64,000 nucleotides of DNA from Chiloscyllium plagiosum (taxonomy: Eukaryota): assembly GCF_004010195.1 (NCBI RefSeq), contig NC_057749.1:20269182-20333181 (forward strand). Reading direction: 5' to 3'. Shown piece by piece: positions 12,181 through 24,189 of this stretch. Position 1 is the stretch's first letter; each line of letters begins with the position of its first letter. The notes beneath the pieces are model-generated. The model saw only the letters and a list, made by a program, of their open reading frames with translations, was not told where the DNA came from and did no database searches. The position numbers were made by a program, and so were the translations under genes.

Positions 12181-12519
12181 TGCTCTGAAATCTTTCTCCT
12201 AGCAATTATGATGAAACTGCTTGGTTAAACTTGTAGAACCAATGTCCTTATTCGAGTGAAGTTTTTGCTTGCAGTAAGATTATTTTGAGCAGCACAGAAG
12301 TGCAGGGATGAACTGCTTTTAGGATTAGGAATTGTTCTTGAAGCCTCTGTCCATGTGTAGCTGGTGAAGGGTCACTGAGCCTGGAACCTTGATTCTGCTT
12401 CATTGCCACAGATCCTGCCAGACCTCTGGAAATGTCTATTTTTGTTTGAAAGTTTAAGGCTTGGAAACTAAAAACACAGTTACCAGTGGTAGACCAACTA
12501 CATGAGAGAAGTACAACAG

Positions 12520-13300
12520 GCCAGAACGGAGGAGCAGGGGGAAACAGTGGATGTCATGTATCTGGATTTTCAGAAGGCATTTGACAAGATACTACACATT
12601 AGGTTTAACAGGAAGTATAGAGGAGCTGAATATTATTTAAATGGAGAACGCTGAAGGACAGTGGGATTTGAGAGTCCTCGAGCATGAATCATAAAAAACT
12701 TGTACCCAAGTTCAGTGGGTAATAGGAGAGGCAAATGGTATATTGGCCATTATTTTAAAGGGAATGAAGTATAACATTTAGGGAGGTTTTGCTAAAGTTG
12801 TGCAAGGCACTAATCAGACTACAACTGGAAAACTGTGAGCAGTTTTGGGCTCATTATCTAAGGAAAGATGTACCGGTGTTGGAGGCAGTCCACAGAAGGT
12901 TCACTTGGCTGATACCAGGTGTGGAGGGAATGTCTTTTGAGGAGAGGTTGGGCCTGTACCCATTGGAATTTTGACAAACCTTGACAGAAACATTGTTTTC
13001 CCCTTGTAGGACAATCTAAGACTAGAGGATATAGTCTCAGAATAAGGTGTCACACATTTAAAACAGATTGAGGTGTTTCTTCTCTGAGGCTTGTGTATCT
13101 GTGGAACTTTTTTCTGCAAAGGGCTGTCAAGTCTGGGTCATCAAATATATTCAAGGCCGAGATAGCCAATTTTTAATCAGTAAGGAATCGAGGGGGTTGG
13201 CGCAATGACAGGAAGGCGAAGTTGGGGATCAGCCATGACCTCGAATGGCAGAGACGCGATGACTGAATGGCCTACTGCTCCTATGTCTTATGGTCTTATT
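12520..13300 (+). mobile_element. CR1-type LINE, decayed
   Basis: gtggatgtcatgtatctggattttcagaaggcatttgacaag (VDVMYLDFQKAFDK), ORF 12789-12974, and tail gaatggcctactgctcctatgtcttatgg. Confidence 0.8.
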
Positions 13301-14849
13301 TTGGAGAGTTGTGAGGCTGTAAGCATTTACCGGGTGTGAAGTTATCATTGCTATATTGCAAAGTGTATCAGACACAGTTTGTACAGCATTTGCCACTCTG
13401 ATAGTGTCACAGAACAAAGCTGAGAAGTGAATGCCAATATTGTTCAAAAATTCAGTTCGCCCATCTTTTTATTGGATAATTATGGGGCATTTTAAAAAAA
13501 AACAACACTTACTGGCTCACATTCTGAATGTTTAGCAGTGTCAAGGCTGCAAGGGTTCAGGTGAAAATGCAGGCTGTCACGGACATTTGATGGGTGTCTG
13601 CTAAGCTGACCATTTACATTGTAGATTTCTAGTATTCAGCATCAAAGATTATGTAATAGTCGTTATGAAATGAAAGCTGCTTTAACTGAAGTAGATAATT
13701 TATGATAAGATTGATATCTTTACTTAATTAAAGGTAATTGTTTCTTAAGCTTACTTTAGCATATGACCTGAGGGTTTAAATGGGTACTAGCAAGATGAGA
13801 GCAGTATAAATTAATTTACTGACACTGAATACAGCTGTGCTTGGGTCACATAACAAGTGTCCAGTATAGTAAGGAGGATGAGCTGCTATCCATCACAGTC
13901 TGAGTGTTTGTCAAGAGCTGAGGCTGCAGCTGCTGTGCAGCTCAGGCATTCAATCAATTTCTTTGGTTCGCCTAAAGCAAAGTAACCCTTTAGCATGCAG
14001 CCTGTTACTTGCGCAAGCTTTGCTTCAAGACTCATTGGGACATCTGGGTGCAGTCGGTGTCCTTTTTCTGTTGTTTCCCCATTCGTTTCCCTCTGCATTC
14101 TGGCACAGCTCCCCTTTGTAAAAGCATCCTCCACCCACCCAAACACCTTTTTATGGGAATTTGCTTCATCCATTCTTGGGAACCCAGTCTAGCTCCTTTG
14201 AGACATTTGACTGGTTTTGTGCATGCTGAACGTGTTTCGTTTTTGCCTGACAGTGACCTCACCACAGCTTCAGTTTTGTAGTTTTCCACACCTGCTGTCT
14301 TTCCATAAGGTTTTCCTGGACGTTGAGTGAACTTTATCAGTACAAAATCAGTCAACTGGAAATGACTATTGATCATCTCAGTCTAACGGGCATTGCCGTG
14401 GCTGGAGCTGCATTTGAGATGGGAGAGACAAGCACTTTTCGGTGGATCAGCAATGTAATGTGCAGTATGGGATTTTTATTTTTAAGTGTGACAGAATTGT
14501 AGCTATTTCTCAATGGAGGAATCAGTTAAATCTTGTTCCCATATCAGGAGATTGCACAAGCACCTGATATAATACAAAAGCAAAATATTATGAATGCTAG
14601 ACTCTTAACTTCCAGTTACATCTCATTTTAATTCTCGATGTTGCTTGCACTCTGACCTTTCTGTACTTGACCAAGATAGGTGCAATGAAGCTCAACACAA
14701 GCTCAAGCACCAACATCTCAACTCTTGATTCAACACTCAGCATTGAGTTGAACGATGTTGAGTTCAGCAGTGTTTCTTCTTCCTTTGGTTTCTGTGTTCT
14801 TTGTCTTGGTTATTTCCTTATCCTATCATGTTACGTTCGGAGTTCTTAT

Positions 14850-15255
14850 GGAGTCATAGAGTCATATAGCACAGAAACAGACCCTTCAATCTAAATTGTC
14901 CATGCCAGCCAGGTTTCCCAAACTACATTTGCCTACGATTGGTCCATATCACTCTAAACGTTTCCTATTCATGTATGTCTTTTTAAATGTTGTAACTGTA
15001 CCTGCATCTACCACCTCCTTCGGCAGTTTGTTCCATATACACACCATCCTGTGTGTGGAAAAGGTTGACCCCCTCCCTGGGTCCCTTTTAAATCTTTCTC
15101 CTCTCACCTTAAAACAATGTCTTCTACTTTTGAATTCCCTACCTGAGGGAAAAAACACCTACAGCCCTCATGATTTTATAAACCTTGAAAAGGTCATCCT
15201 GAACCTCCTATGCTCCAGAGAAAAAAGGGTTGACTTTTTGTTTTACTCTTTATAA
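14850..15255 (-). mobile_element. CR1/HER1-type LINE 3' end
   Basis: gagtcatagagtcata tail, and ORF 14949-15158 (RGERFKRDP...WNKLPKEVVDAGT). Confidence 0.85.
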
Positions 15256-15444
15256 CATCATTCCAAGCTTGCAGATCTGCTTTACCTGTTTAACAATGTA
15301 CGCTCTTTTGCTAAGAGTACATCAACAACCTCTTACAAATACATTCATTGACTGAGTATCATGGTAACCAAACTGCGAAAATCATTTGGGTCCATCTGGC
15401 CAGGTTTCACTCAGGGATCTTACCTGTCCAGTATTAGCTTCAGC

Positions 15445-15650
15445 GTAGAAAAGTGTGGTGCTAGAAAAGCACAGCAAGTCAGGCAGCATCTTAGGAGCGG
15501 GAGAGTCGACATTTCAGGCATAAGCCCTTCATCAGGAATATGGAGGGGGAAAGGGACTGAGAGATAAATTGGTGGGGCGGGGGTGGAGCTGGGGACGGTG
15601 GGGAGGGTGGAGTGGATAGATGGGAAGGAAGATAGACACGTAAGACAAAA
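15445..15650 (-). mobile_element. Penelope-like terminal fragment (family A) with hammerhead-like core
   Basis: Reverse complement reads CTGATGA-A-GGGC-ttat-GCCT-GAAATGTCGAC (15505-15535). Confidence 0.7.
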
Positions 15651-16468
15651 GGCCGGTCTTTTCAACTATATACTGTTTTGGTCTCCTTAAGAAAGACATA
15701 ATTGAATTAAAAACAATTCATAGAAAGTTCACTAGGCTGATTCTAGGGTGATGGAGATTGTCTTGCTTGAGCAGGTTAGGCCTATGCTCATTTGGATTTA
15801 TAAAAATGAGTTAGCAAATTTACTGAAAGGTAAGGTCAAACTTGAGTAGGATCATTCGGCTTATGTGCAGCAACAATACCAGAGCACCACTCGGTTTTGT
15901 GACTAAAGAAATAAAATCCTCACTTATCATTTTTGCAAGTTGCTTCTCAGATTGTTTCATTTAAGGGTCACAGAGGCTCCCTGGGGCATCTTTCCACAGT
16001 GCAATGTTGTATTCACTGTTCCACTTTCCTAATCTGTTAAGTAGTTTCAGTTATGGGGAAGAAGAGGTAATTGACAGTCGGTATCTATGCTCATCTGAAG
16101 AGCTGGTGTGGCTATGACAGACCAAATTTCTTCCTCCTAAACTGTAACACTTTTGTGATTCAGTCTGTATGTAGGCACAGACGTATTTCACAAACTTCTA
16201 ATTTCTCTACTGGATGAGAGGGAGCTGGCAAGTATGCCTCAATAATCCAAAGATTTCAATTGAACCTCATCATATTCACATGTAAAATAGTATACATGTG
16301 GGACAACTGCAGATATATTCTCTGAAGTGAGAGTCAAGTGCCCTACCAGGCATGGAGCTTACAACACTTAGTCACACACTCAATGGCAATGCAATGGCGA
16401 GGAAGTCATAATCAATACAGCTAGATCTGACAGGACCAGCTAAGAGAACAAAAATGTTTCTACATTTT

Positions 16469-16704
16469 GATTAGATTAGATTAGATTAGATTAGATTANN
16501 NNNNNNNNNNNNNNNNNNNNNNNNNNNNNNNNNNNNNNNNCACATCTTTGGACTGTGGGAGGAAACCGGAGCACCCGGAGGAAACCCACGCAGACACGGG
16601 GAGAACGTGCAAACTCCACACAGTCAGTTGCCTGAGGCGGGTATTGAACCCGGTCTCTGGCGCTGTGAGGTAGCAGTGCTAACCACTGTGCCACCGTGCC
16701 GCCC
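16469..16704 (-). mobile_element. HE1-type V-SINE (young) spanning an assembly gap, with (TTAGA)n tail
   Basis: Near-consensus head and V-domain at 16541-16704, (ttaga)n at 16469-16498, N-run at 16499-16540. Confidence 0.85.
16499..16540. other. Assembly gap (42 N)
   Basis: Run of n. Confidence 1.
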
Positions 16705-18749
16705 ACACGGTGTTGTGTTCGATGTTTATTAGAACAAAGACCTAGAGGACTGGCTATAAAACAGTTTTGAGCACTGACTGTATTTTATGGTTGTGGGTGA
16801 CATACCAGTGAGTAACGAATGACTGGTCATTCCAGTTTCACTTCAGGAAGATGTCCTCAGGAGGTTGCAGAAGGAACACTTGTGATCACCTCATTCAAGG
16901 TTTACACAAGACTTACATGAGATATTTCTAATGCACGGTATCCTGATGTAGTTGTTTCGGATGACGTGACAGAGTTTGCTAATAAGTGCTTCAACCGATT
17001 TGTCATCGGTTCCGAATTTGAATGTCACACGTTTACTGAGATCCCATGATCAAACTGGGAAGCTGACGAATGGGATCGGAAGAATTAAGTTGCTCTTGAA
17101 AAGTGCAGACCAATACTGCTAAATTACAGGTCCACTACACGTCAGTATGGCCGAGCACTATTGGAGCTGCTCGTGGGCAAGTGAAAACCCAACTAAAGGA
17201 GTTGACACCTACAGGTCTTTCAAGATGTATATAAGGAGCAGTCTTATTGTGCTATTTACAGTAAGTGCTACTGTGCAAGACTGATAGCACATTTAGTATG
17301 CTTATACAAAGCTGCAGACCAGCAGGGACAGATATCCTTCATATTTCTGAAGGAGTAGCACAAAGCATGTACAGGAACATTATCTCATAACAGCTCATTG
17401 TTCATCACTGCTCAACTGGGATGAACGCAATAGGAAACTTAATAATGCAAGGTTCTTGCAAATGTTAAACTATGAAGAACAGAATCAGTCAATTTTCTTC
17501 CACCCAACAATTTGCTAACCTTGCATGACCAAAGTGAGTGTGTGTGTGTGTGTTCATTCTGTCACAGATCTTTTTCCATTGTTCTTCCTGCTCCCTTCCC
17601 CCAGTTCAAAAATTCTTAAATCTCTAATTCCTCTTCAGTTCTGTTTCTCTGGACAGGTGTATCTGACCTGACTTTATCCCCCAGTGTTTTTTTTTTGTTC
17701 TTATTACAGCTGATTGTTATGGTGAACCGTCCTGAATGTATGAGGTATTCGACGAAAGCTGACATGTCAAACCATATTTAGCAGTGTAGTATACTACCAC
17801 CAGGGCTGTGAGCACTTCAACAGTGCAGGAGAGGCTAATTTGAAAATCTACTTCACTTTAAATTAATCACTTCTTTAACTCCAAGGTTTCAGTTTTCATT
17901 TTGAGCGCACTGAGCAGTCTAATAGACGCTTAGTGTCGTCTGACCCCAGTCACCAGATATTGACAGATGTGGAATGCTCATAATTGCATCTGTCACTCTG
18001 GATGATTGCCAGTTGCTAAGGCTGAGTGTGGCTGTTGAGTTACTTAGCCATCAGCAGAGCTTATCCTGTTCATTTCCTCCCAGTAATCACTAATGTTTCA
18101 TGGTGTTAATGTTTGAACAGGGTAAGCAAGGAGCCTTTAGCTGATCACCATGGCTTCCCCGATGAATGGGGACCAGGGATGAAGCAGATAGACCCAACCA
18201 TGTCTAATGGGTCTAATCTTTGGAGAGTCAAGGCCTTTCTCCCTGCAGTACCCAACTTGCTTCCAGCCTTCCTGATGGTCATTATGGATCAAATATCTGT
18301 TTTCCTTTTAATAACAGCACCATGAAACACCTTAGGGAACTTTTAAATACATAAGTACCAGTTCTTTTTTTGTGGTGCCGACAAGTGTTAATTGAAATTA
18401 ATGATCAATGCAAGAACAATGATATTAAATTTCACTTTCTGGAGCCAATAGCAGATTAGTTTTTCCACCCTTTTCCCCCTCCCCCCAATCAAATTGCAGT
18501 GCAAAATAAAAAGAATCGATTGACGCAGGTGGGAGATTCAAACTATGGAATGGTGACAGTGCAGCAGGAGGCTGTGTGCTAATTCTGGCTTTCTGTGAGG
18601 CGCTTCAACCAGAGCTTTGCCTTTCCCCTGTAACCTTATCTGATCCTTTTAGAAAGCTACCTTTGAATCTGTTTCCATCACACTATCAGACAGTTCTTTA
18701 AAGATTCTACTACAAAGAAAAGCTGCCCCTCTTGGCCTCAAGTTGAGAT

Positions 18750-18960
18750 GATGGTAATGCATGAGAAACTCAGGTCTGGCTGGCAGCATCTGTGGAAAGC
18801 TAATGCTTTGACTGGGGTCTGACTTCATTTCTGAAGAGGAGACATACTGGCTTCAAAGCGGTATTTCTGTTTCTCTTGCTGCAGATGCTGCCTGACCTGC
18901 TGAGTTTCTCCAGCATTCTATGTTTATAGCAGATTCCCAGCATCTGCAACGTTCTGCTTC
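18750..18960. mobile_element. Head-to-head inverted pair of Penelope-like terminal fragments (family C), decayed
   Basis: gagaaactcaggtctggc.ggcagcatctg on the left mirrors cagatgctgcctgacctgctgagtttctc on the right. CTGAAGA lies at 18831. Confidence 0.6.
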
Positions 18961-19509
18961 CTTCATCATAGTAGTGTCTTGCAGCCCGAAATGCTTCTCC
19001 TCAATTCCTCCTCCTCCCTCAGCCACTTAAAGGCCATAGCCCAACAGGAAATAAATCGTCTTGATCCATGAATGTGCATCATCATTCATGAGAGTAGCAG
19101 TGGAGCCGGTGAAGACAGAGGTCATGCAGTCAGCAAGTCCACGAGTTATTCTATTCAGCCTAGTTGCAGGCAGGAGTGGGAATACTACAATTACCCTCCA
19201 TCCCTTCTGGATCAAGGAGAGAGGTGGGGAGAGAAATCAGCCAACTGACCATCGACTGTAAAACTTTTATCTGCAGGTATTTGGGAAAGGTAAGAGACTT
19301 CACTAGGCTGAACCTGAAAAATGAGCTTGTGAACTGGGTGCCTATTGTTTCTCTACCATATCTCTTCAAGAGTCAAAACTACTAAGAAACCCATAAAGAA
19401 ACAATATTCCTTTGCCCAAAGTTATTCAAAACACAGAATTCCAATAATTATTGTTGTAGAGGTCCATTGAGTCAGTGCCAGTCCAGACCAAGTACCTAAC
19501 TGTACTGAA

Positions 19510-20575
19510 TGTGAGGAAACAAATAGCAGCATATTGAAAAAATTGTCCATGTTAGAGTAGGAGGTGCTGGATGGCTTAAACGCATAAAGGTGGATAAATC
19601 CCTAGGAGCTGCTCAGATGTACCCTAGAGATCTGTAGGAAGCTAGAGAAATGATTGTTGGCCCCCTTGCGGAGATATTTGAATGATCAATAGCCGCAGGT
19701 GAGGTGCCGGAAGACTGGAGGTTGGCTAAAGTGATGCCACTATTTAAGAAAGGTGGTAAAGACAAGCCAGGGAACTATAGACTAGTGAGCCTGACATTGG
19801 TGGTGGGCAGATTGCTGGACAGAATCCTGAGGGAAAGCATTTACATGTATTTGGAAAGACAAGGATTGGTTCGGGATAGCCAGCATGGCTTTGTGCGTAG
19901 GAAGTCATGTCCCATGAACTTGATTGAGTTTTTTGAAGAAGTCATGAAGATTGATGAGAGCAGTGTGATGGATGTGATCAACAGACTCCTCATGGTAGAC
20001 TGGTTAACAAGGTTAGATCACATGGAATACAGGGAGAGCTAGCCATTTGGATATAGAACTGATTGAAAGGTAAAATACACAGAGTGGTGGTGGAGGGTTG
20101 CTTTTCAGACTGGAACTTGTGACCAGTGGTGTGCCACAAAGATTGGTGCTGTGTCCACTGCTTTTCGTAATTTATACGTAAATGATTTGGATATGAACAC
20201 AGGAGGTGTAGTGGCCAGCGAAGAATATTACCTCGGAGTACAATGGGATCTTGATCAGATGGGCCGATGGACCAATGGGCAGAGGAGTGACGGATGGAAT
20301 TTAACTTGGATAAATGTGAAGTGCTGCATTTTGGAAAGGCAACTTTTCACGCAGAGGGTGGTGTGTGTCTGGAATGAGCTGCCAGAGGAAGTGATGGAGG
20401 CTGGTACAATTAAAACGTTTAAAAGGCACTTGGATGGGTATATAAATAGGATGTGTTTGGAGGAATGTGGGCCAAAAGATGGTAAATGGCACTAGATTTT
20501 AATTTAGGATACCTGGTTGGCATGGATGAGTTGGACCAAAGAGTCTGTTTCCATGCTGTACATCTCTATGACTGT
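19510..20575 (+). mobile_element. CR1/HER1-type LINE with internal deletions
   Basis: ORF 19704-20042 has [25 protein letters not shown]...QHGF. Tail is ctgtacatctctatgact. Confidence 0.9.
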
Positions 20576-21159
20576 GTAATTCCATTTTCCAATACTTGAC
20601 CCATAATCTTGGATGCCTTGACATCAGAAGTACACATTTAATTACACTTAGGAGGAGGGTTCCTGCTTCTGCGACTCTTACAGGTCGTGAGTGTATCAAT
20701 GAGTCTCCAGTGATCAGCATACAATGAAGATGTGAAATGAAACTGTTCTTGGAATGCCAATTGGTTGAATGTTAAAATTCCTTGAGTGCATTGGCAGTTA
20801 AATTGGATTCACTGTCCAAATCCAATGCCCAGCGTTAATCATCAAATTCTGTGCTCTTTGTGATCGTAGTTTGCTACCCTTCATCTGTTTGTAATGTTCA
20901 CCCTGGTCATCCACTCTATGCTACGCTATCTCGGACTTCCACTGTCTATCTTGCATAGTTGTTCTCCTCTTCTAAGTGTGACCATGTAAATCTGAACCTC
21001 TATAATACTATCCATCTCTAGGTTCCAATTTAAGACTTCTTTGAAGGCAAATGTGGATGATGTGCAGTTGAGCTGTCTCACATTTTTTTCTCTGAGGATC
21101 GTGAATCTTTGGATTCCTTTCCTCAAAAGGCAGTGGATGCAGAATCTTCAATTCTTTTC

Positions 21160-21525
21160 TTTATTCATTTCTGGGATGTGGGTGTCGCTGGCTAGCCAGC
21201 ATTCATTGCATGTCCCTAGTTGCCCTTGAGGTGGTGATGAGCTAGCTTGAACTACTGCAGTTCCTGTGCTGTAGGTTGACCCACAATGCCATTAGGGAGA
21301 GAACTACAGGATTTTAAACCAGCAACAGTGAAGGAATGGTGATTTATTTCCAAGTCAGGATGGTGAGTGGCTTGGAGGGGAACTTGAAGGTGATTGTGTT
21401 CCCATGTCTCTGCTGCCCTGAGCCTTCTAGATGGAAGTGATCTTGGGTTTAGAAGGTGCTGTCTGAGGATCTTTGGTGAATTTCTGCGGTACATCTTGTA
21501 GATAGTATACACTGTTCTACTGAGC
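21160..21525 (-). mobile_element. LINE family B 3' end inserted in a CR1 tail (about 21060-21655, + strand)
   Basis: Reverse complement of the 2100-2480 region (ORF 21252-21512 is similar to 1974-2228). The CR1 sequence resumes at about 21526. Confidence 0.75.
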
Positions 21526-21749
21526 TTTAAGTATTTTTAAGGCAGTGGTAAATAGCAAGGGGATGAAAGATTATCTGGAATATGCAGGAATGTAGAGCTG
21601 ATGTTAAAATCACATCAGCCATGATCCTATTGAATAGTGGACCAGGCTTGATGTCCGTATGTTCACATATTGCATTAAGTCACTCAGTTCTTACTGTATT
21701 TCACGCAGCATCATCTAGCCACTACTCAAGGTGTCAACTTGAAGTTTGG

Positions 21750-22000
21750 GGTTGCATAGTGACTCAGTGGTTCGCAGTGCTGCCTTACAGCACCAGGGAT
21801 TCCACCCTTGGCCGACTGTCTGTGTGGAATTTGCCATGCCAAATTGCCCATAGTGTCCAGGAATGCATAGGTTAGATGGGTTAGCTGGGAAATGCAGGAT
21901 TACAGGAATAGGGTAGGGAGGTCGGTCTAAGTGGGATGCTATTGGTGAGGACTCGATGGGTTGAATGTCCTGCTTCCATACTGTAGGGATTCTGTGATCC
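21750..22000 (+). mobile_element. HE1-type V-SINE with internal deletion
   Basis: Head gactcagtggttcgcagtgctgccttacagcaccagggat, then gccatgccaaattgccca, then tail ctgtagggattctgtga. Confidence 0.75.
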
Positions 22001-22428
22001 TGTGAACCGGAATTTTGCTTTTTCAACCCTATTTGAAAGTATTAAAATTTGTGCTGTCCAGGTTTGCTTTTAAAGGTGAGAGTTAAGACGGTTACTTTTG
22101 TCATTGAATTGATTTTCTTATAATCAATGCTACAAGCATTGAAATATCCATTGGGCATCATTCAGTTTTGAATAGTCTCCATTACAAACCAAAAAATTAA
22201 GAAATCCGGCAAATTTTAGGGGGAAGCGAGATGTTGGATAAAACTGGAATCATTTTAAAAATTACATTAAAACAGTGGTGTCTGCAATGTGGTATGGAAG
22301 CAAAATTTTCAAAGCTAGTGGTATGATGAGATAAGTCTCTGTGATGTCTCCTTAATGGTACTTCATTTTGATGATTTTGTAAAGTGTTTTTTGGCTTTAA
22401 GTAAACACTTCTTTTTTTCCCTTTTCAG

Positions 22429-22580
22429 CTGAAGGAGTTCCTCAAGTTTATTACTTTGGACCATGTAGTAAATATAATGCCATGGTGCTGGAGCTGCTGG
22501 GACCAAGTCTGGAGGATCTGTTTGATCTGTGTGACCGGACGTTCACACTAAAGACCGTGCTAATGATTGCCATTCAGTTG
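22429..22580 (+). CDS. CSNK1G1: CK1 gamma-1 exon: (A)[50 protein letters not shown]
   Basis: Acceptor ctttttttcccttttcag and donor TTG|gtgagt. CK1 signature [10 protein letters not shown]. Not in the ORF track; translated manually. Confidence 0.96.
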
Positions 22581-22687
22581 GTGAGTGCTGTGACTGAAGT
22601 ATTATGTGTGAAAATCTCTGATGTCAGGCTGCCTATGAATTTAACACTTTGCCAGCAATAATACACAATGAACAGCTTTATTTTTTT

Positions 22688-23003
22688 TTAGATTACTTAC
22701 AGTGTGGAAACAGGCCCTTTGCCCCAACAGGTCCACACCGACCCGCCGAAGCGCAACCCACCCAGACCCGTTCCCCTACATTTAGCCCTGCCCCTAACAC
22801 TACGGGCAATTTAGCATGGCCAGTTCACCTAACCTGCACATTTTTGGAGCATGGGAGGAAACCGGAGCACCCGGAGGAAACCCACGCAGACACTGGGAGA
22901 ATGTGCAAACTCCACACAGTCAGTCGCCTGAGGCGGGAAATGAACCTGGGTCTCTGGCGCTGTGAGGCAGCAGTGCTAACCACTGTGCCACCATGCTGCC
23001 CAC
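22688..23003 (-). mobile_element. HE1-type V-SINE (young, full length)
   Basis: Near-consensus antisense copy starting about 107 nt after the exon donor. Confidence 0.9.
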
Positions 23004-24189
23004 CTTTTGGAATTGATGCAATAAGTGAGCGTTCCTGCCAAAATGGACTTGTAATGTCAAGCCACTTTTGAGACTTTTGTGTTTGTGTGTATGTTCCTTG
23101 CCTTTCAAACCTGAGTATTGCTGAGAAAAAGCTTGTCAAAGCTTTTCATCTTTCAGCCATCAGGGCATTTGCAAGAATGCCTCTGTAAAAGGTCTGAGAC
23201 ATAATGGGACAATGAAACATATAATGAACGTATTATTAAGGTTGATCTCAGTGTAAATTAGTTATATCAATATGGGGAGTTCTAATAATAGAATTTGGAG
23301 TATGGTTAACTAAAGCTTTCACTAAAAGTGTTGATTTGGACTTTGTTATACACTAGAAGATAACTGTATTTAAACAAAGGGTTATGTATAATGGTGTAAA
23401 TATGAACAGAATGCATTGGTACTCCAGCAGATGTGCTGATGAGTGTAGGATGAAAAGCTTTGACAAATTATCTTTGTTTTCCAGTAATACTTGCAGTTGA
23501 TATTACCAAATGACTAATTGGTAAACTTTCAACCTCTTAACAATGTTTAAAAAAAAATGAATGGTTCTCTTCCTTTGTAAAATCCATACAGTCTGTTTTT
23601 ACCAGAGTTCTGGGGAGCCCCTTCATTCCTCCATTCACTCGCTCTGTCATGCATAATGTGAAGTGCGTGGGCAAGAGTGGGCAAGGCTATCAACAAGCAC
23701 TTACAAAAACATGGTCAGTAAGGAGGGCAAGTAAGGAGTTGAGTTACAAGTGATAGAAAGGCTGGTTAAGGAAATTCCCAACAATTGTGGCAGCACAGGG
23801 GGCATTATAGACTATTGATATTACTTGGCAATCACCAAAGCACTTTGGGTGAGCCATGTTCTGACAGATTGTTTCTGAATAACAAAGTAGACCTTTGAAA
23901 ATGAAAATCATTCAGAAGTGCAGAATCCATTTGCACTGCTGCATTAATACAGTTCAGAACCAGAAAGTAAGTCTTGGTGACTTGTCTGACTGTCATACCA
24001 GAGCAATTATGCTGAGGAATTGGTTACAACTGACATGTTTGTCAATTATCTTAAATCAAAGAGAAGTGTTATTTGCTATACAAACAAAGATATTATTACA
24101 GTTGAAGGAAAAGATGCAAACTTCTTCAAGCCTCCTGAGCAGGATGCACACAAAGCTTAAGTTACAAAGTAATTTATAAGTGTTCTGTT

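Larger units (their letters stand above)
16215..17200 (+). mobile_element. Gypsy/Ty3-type LTR retrotransposon pol remnant (RNase H end and integrase), split by a SINE
   Basis: Manual translation gives IQRFQLNL..KIVY..TADIFS (about 16245-16325), LVIPVSLQEDVLRRLQKEHL (about 16823-16882), HGI/PDVVVSDDVTEF (frameshifted) and LLNYRSTT..G...ELLVG (17116-17180). Confidence 0.7.

Noticed and set aside
16469..16498. Telomere-like or CRISPR-like short repeat array
   Set aside because: (TTAGA)n is the antisense (TCTAA)n tail of the SINE, not TTAGGG. There are no spacers and the context is eukaryotic.
1..22428. Upstream CSNK1G1 exons (GKNLYTNEYVAIKL; EPIKSRAPQLHLEY-like)
   Set aside because: I searched by eye and found no match. 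They probably lie before the window, though a short exon could have been missed.
22649..23139. Recurrent ORFs with LDCGRKPEHPEETH or VAQWLALLPHS peptides (also near 3327, 8757, 46651, 50543)
   Set aside because: These are translations of the same SINE sequence, not a protein family.
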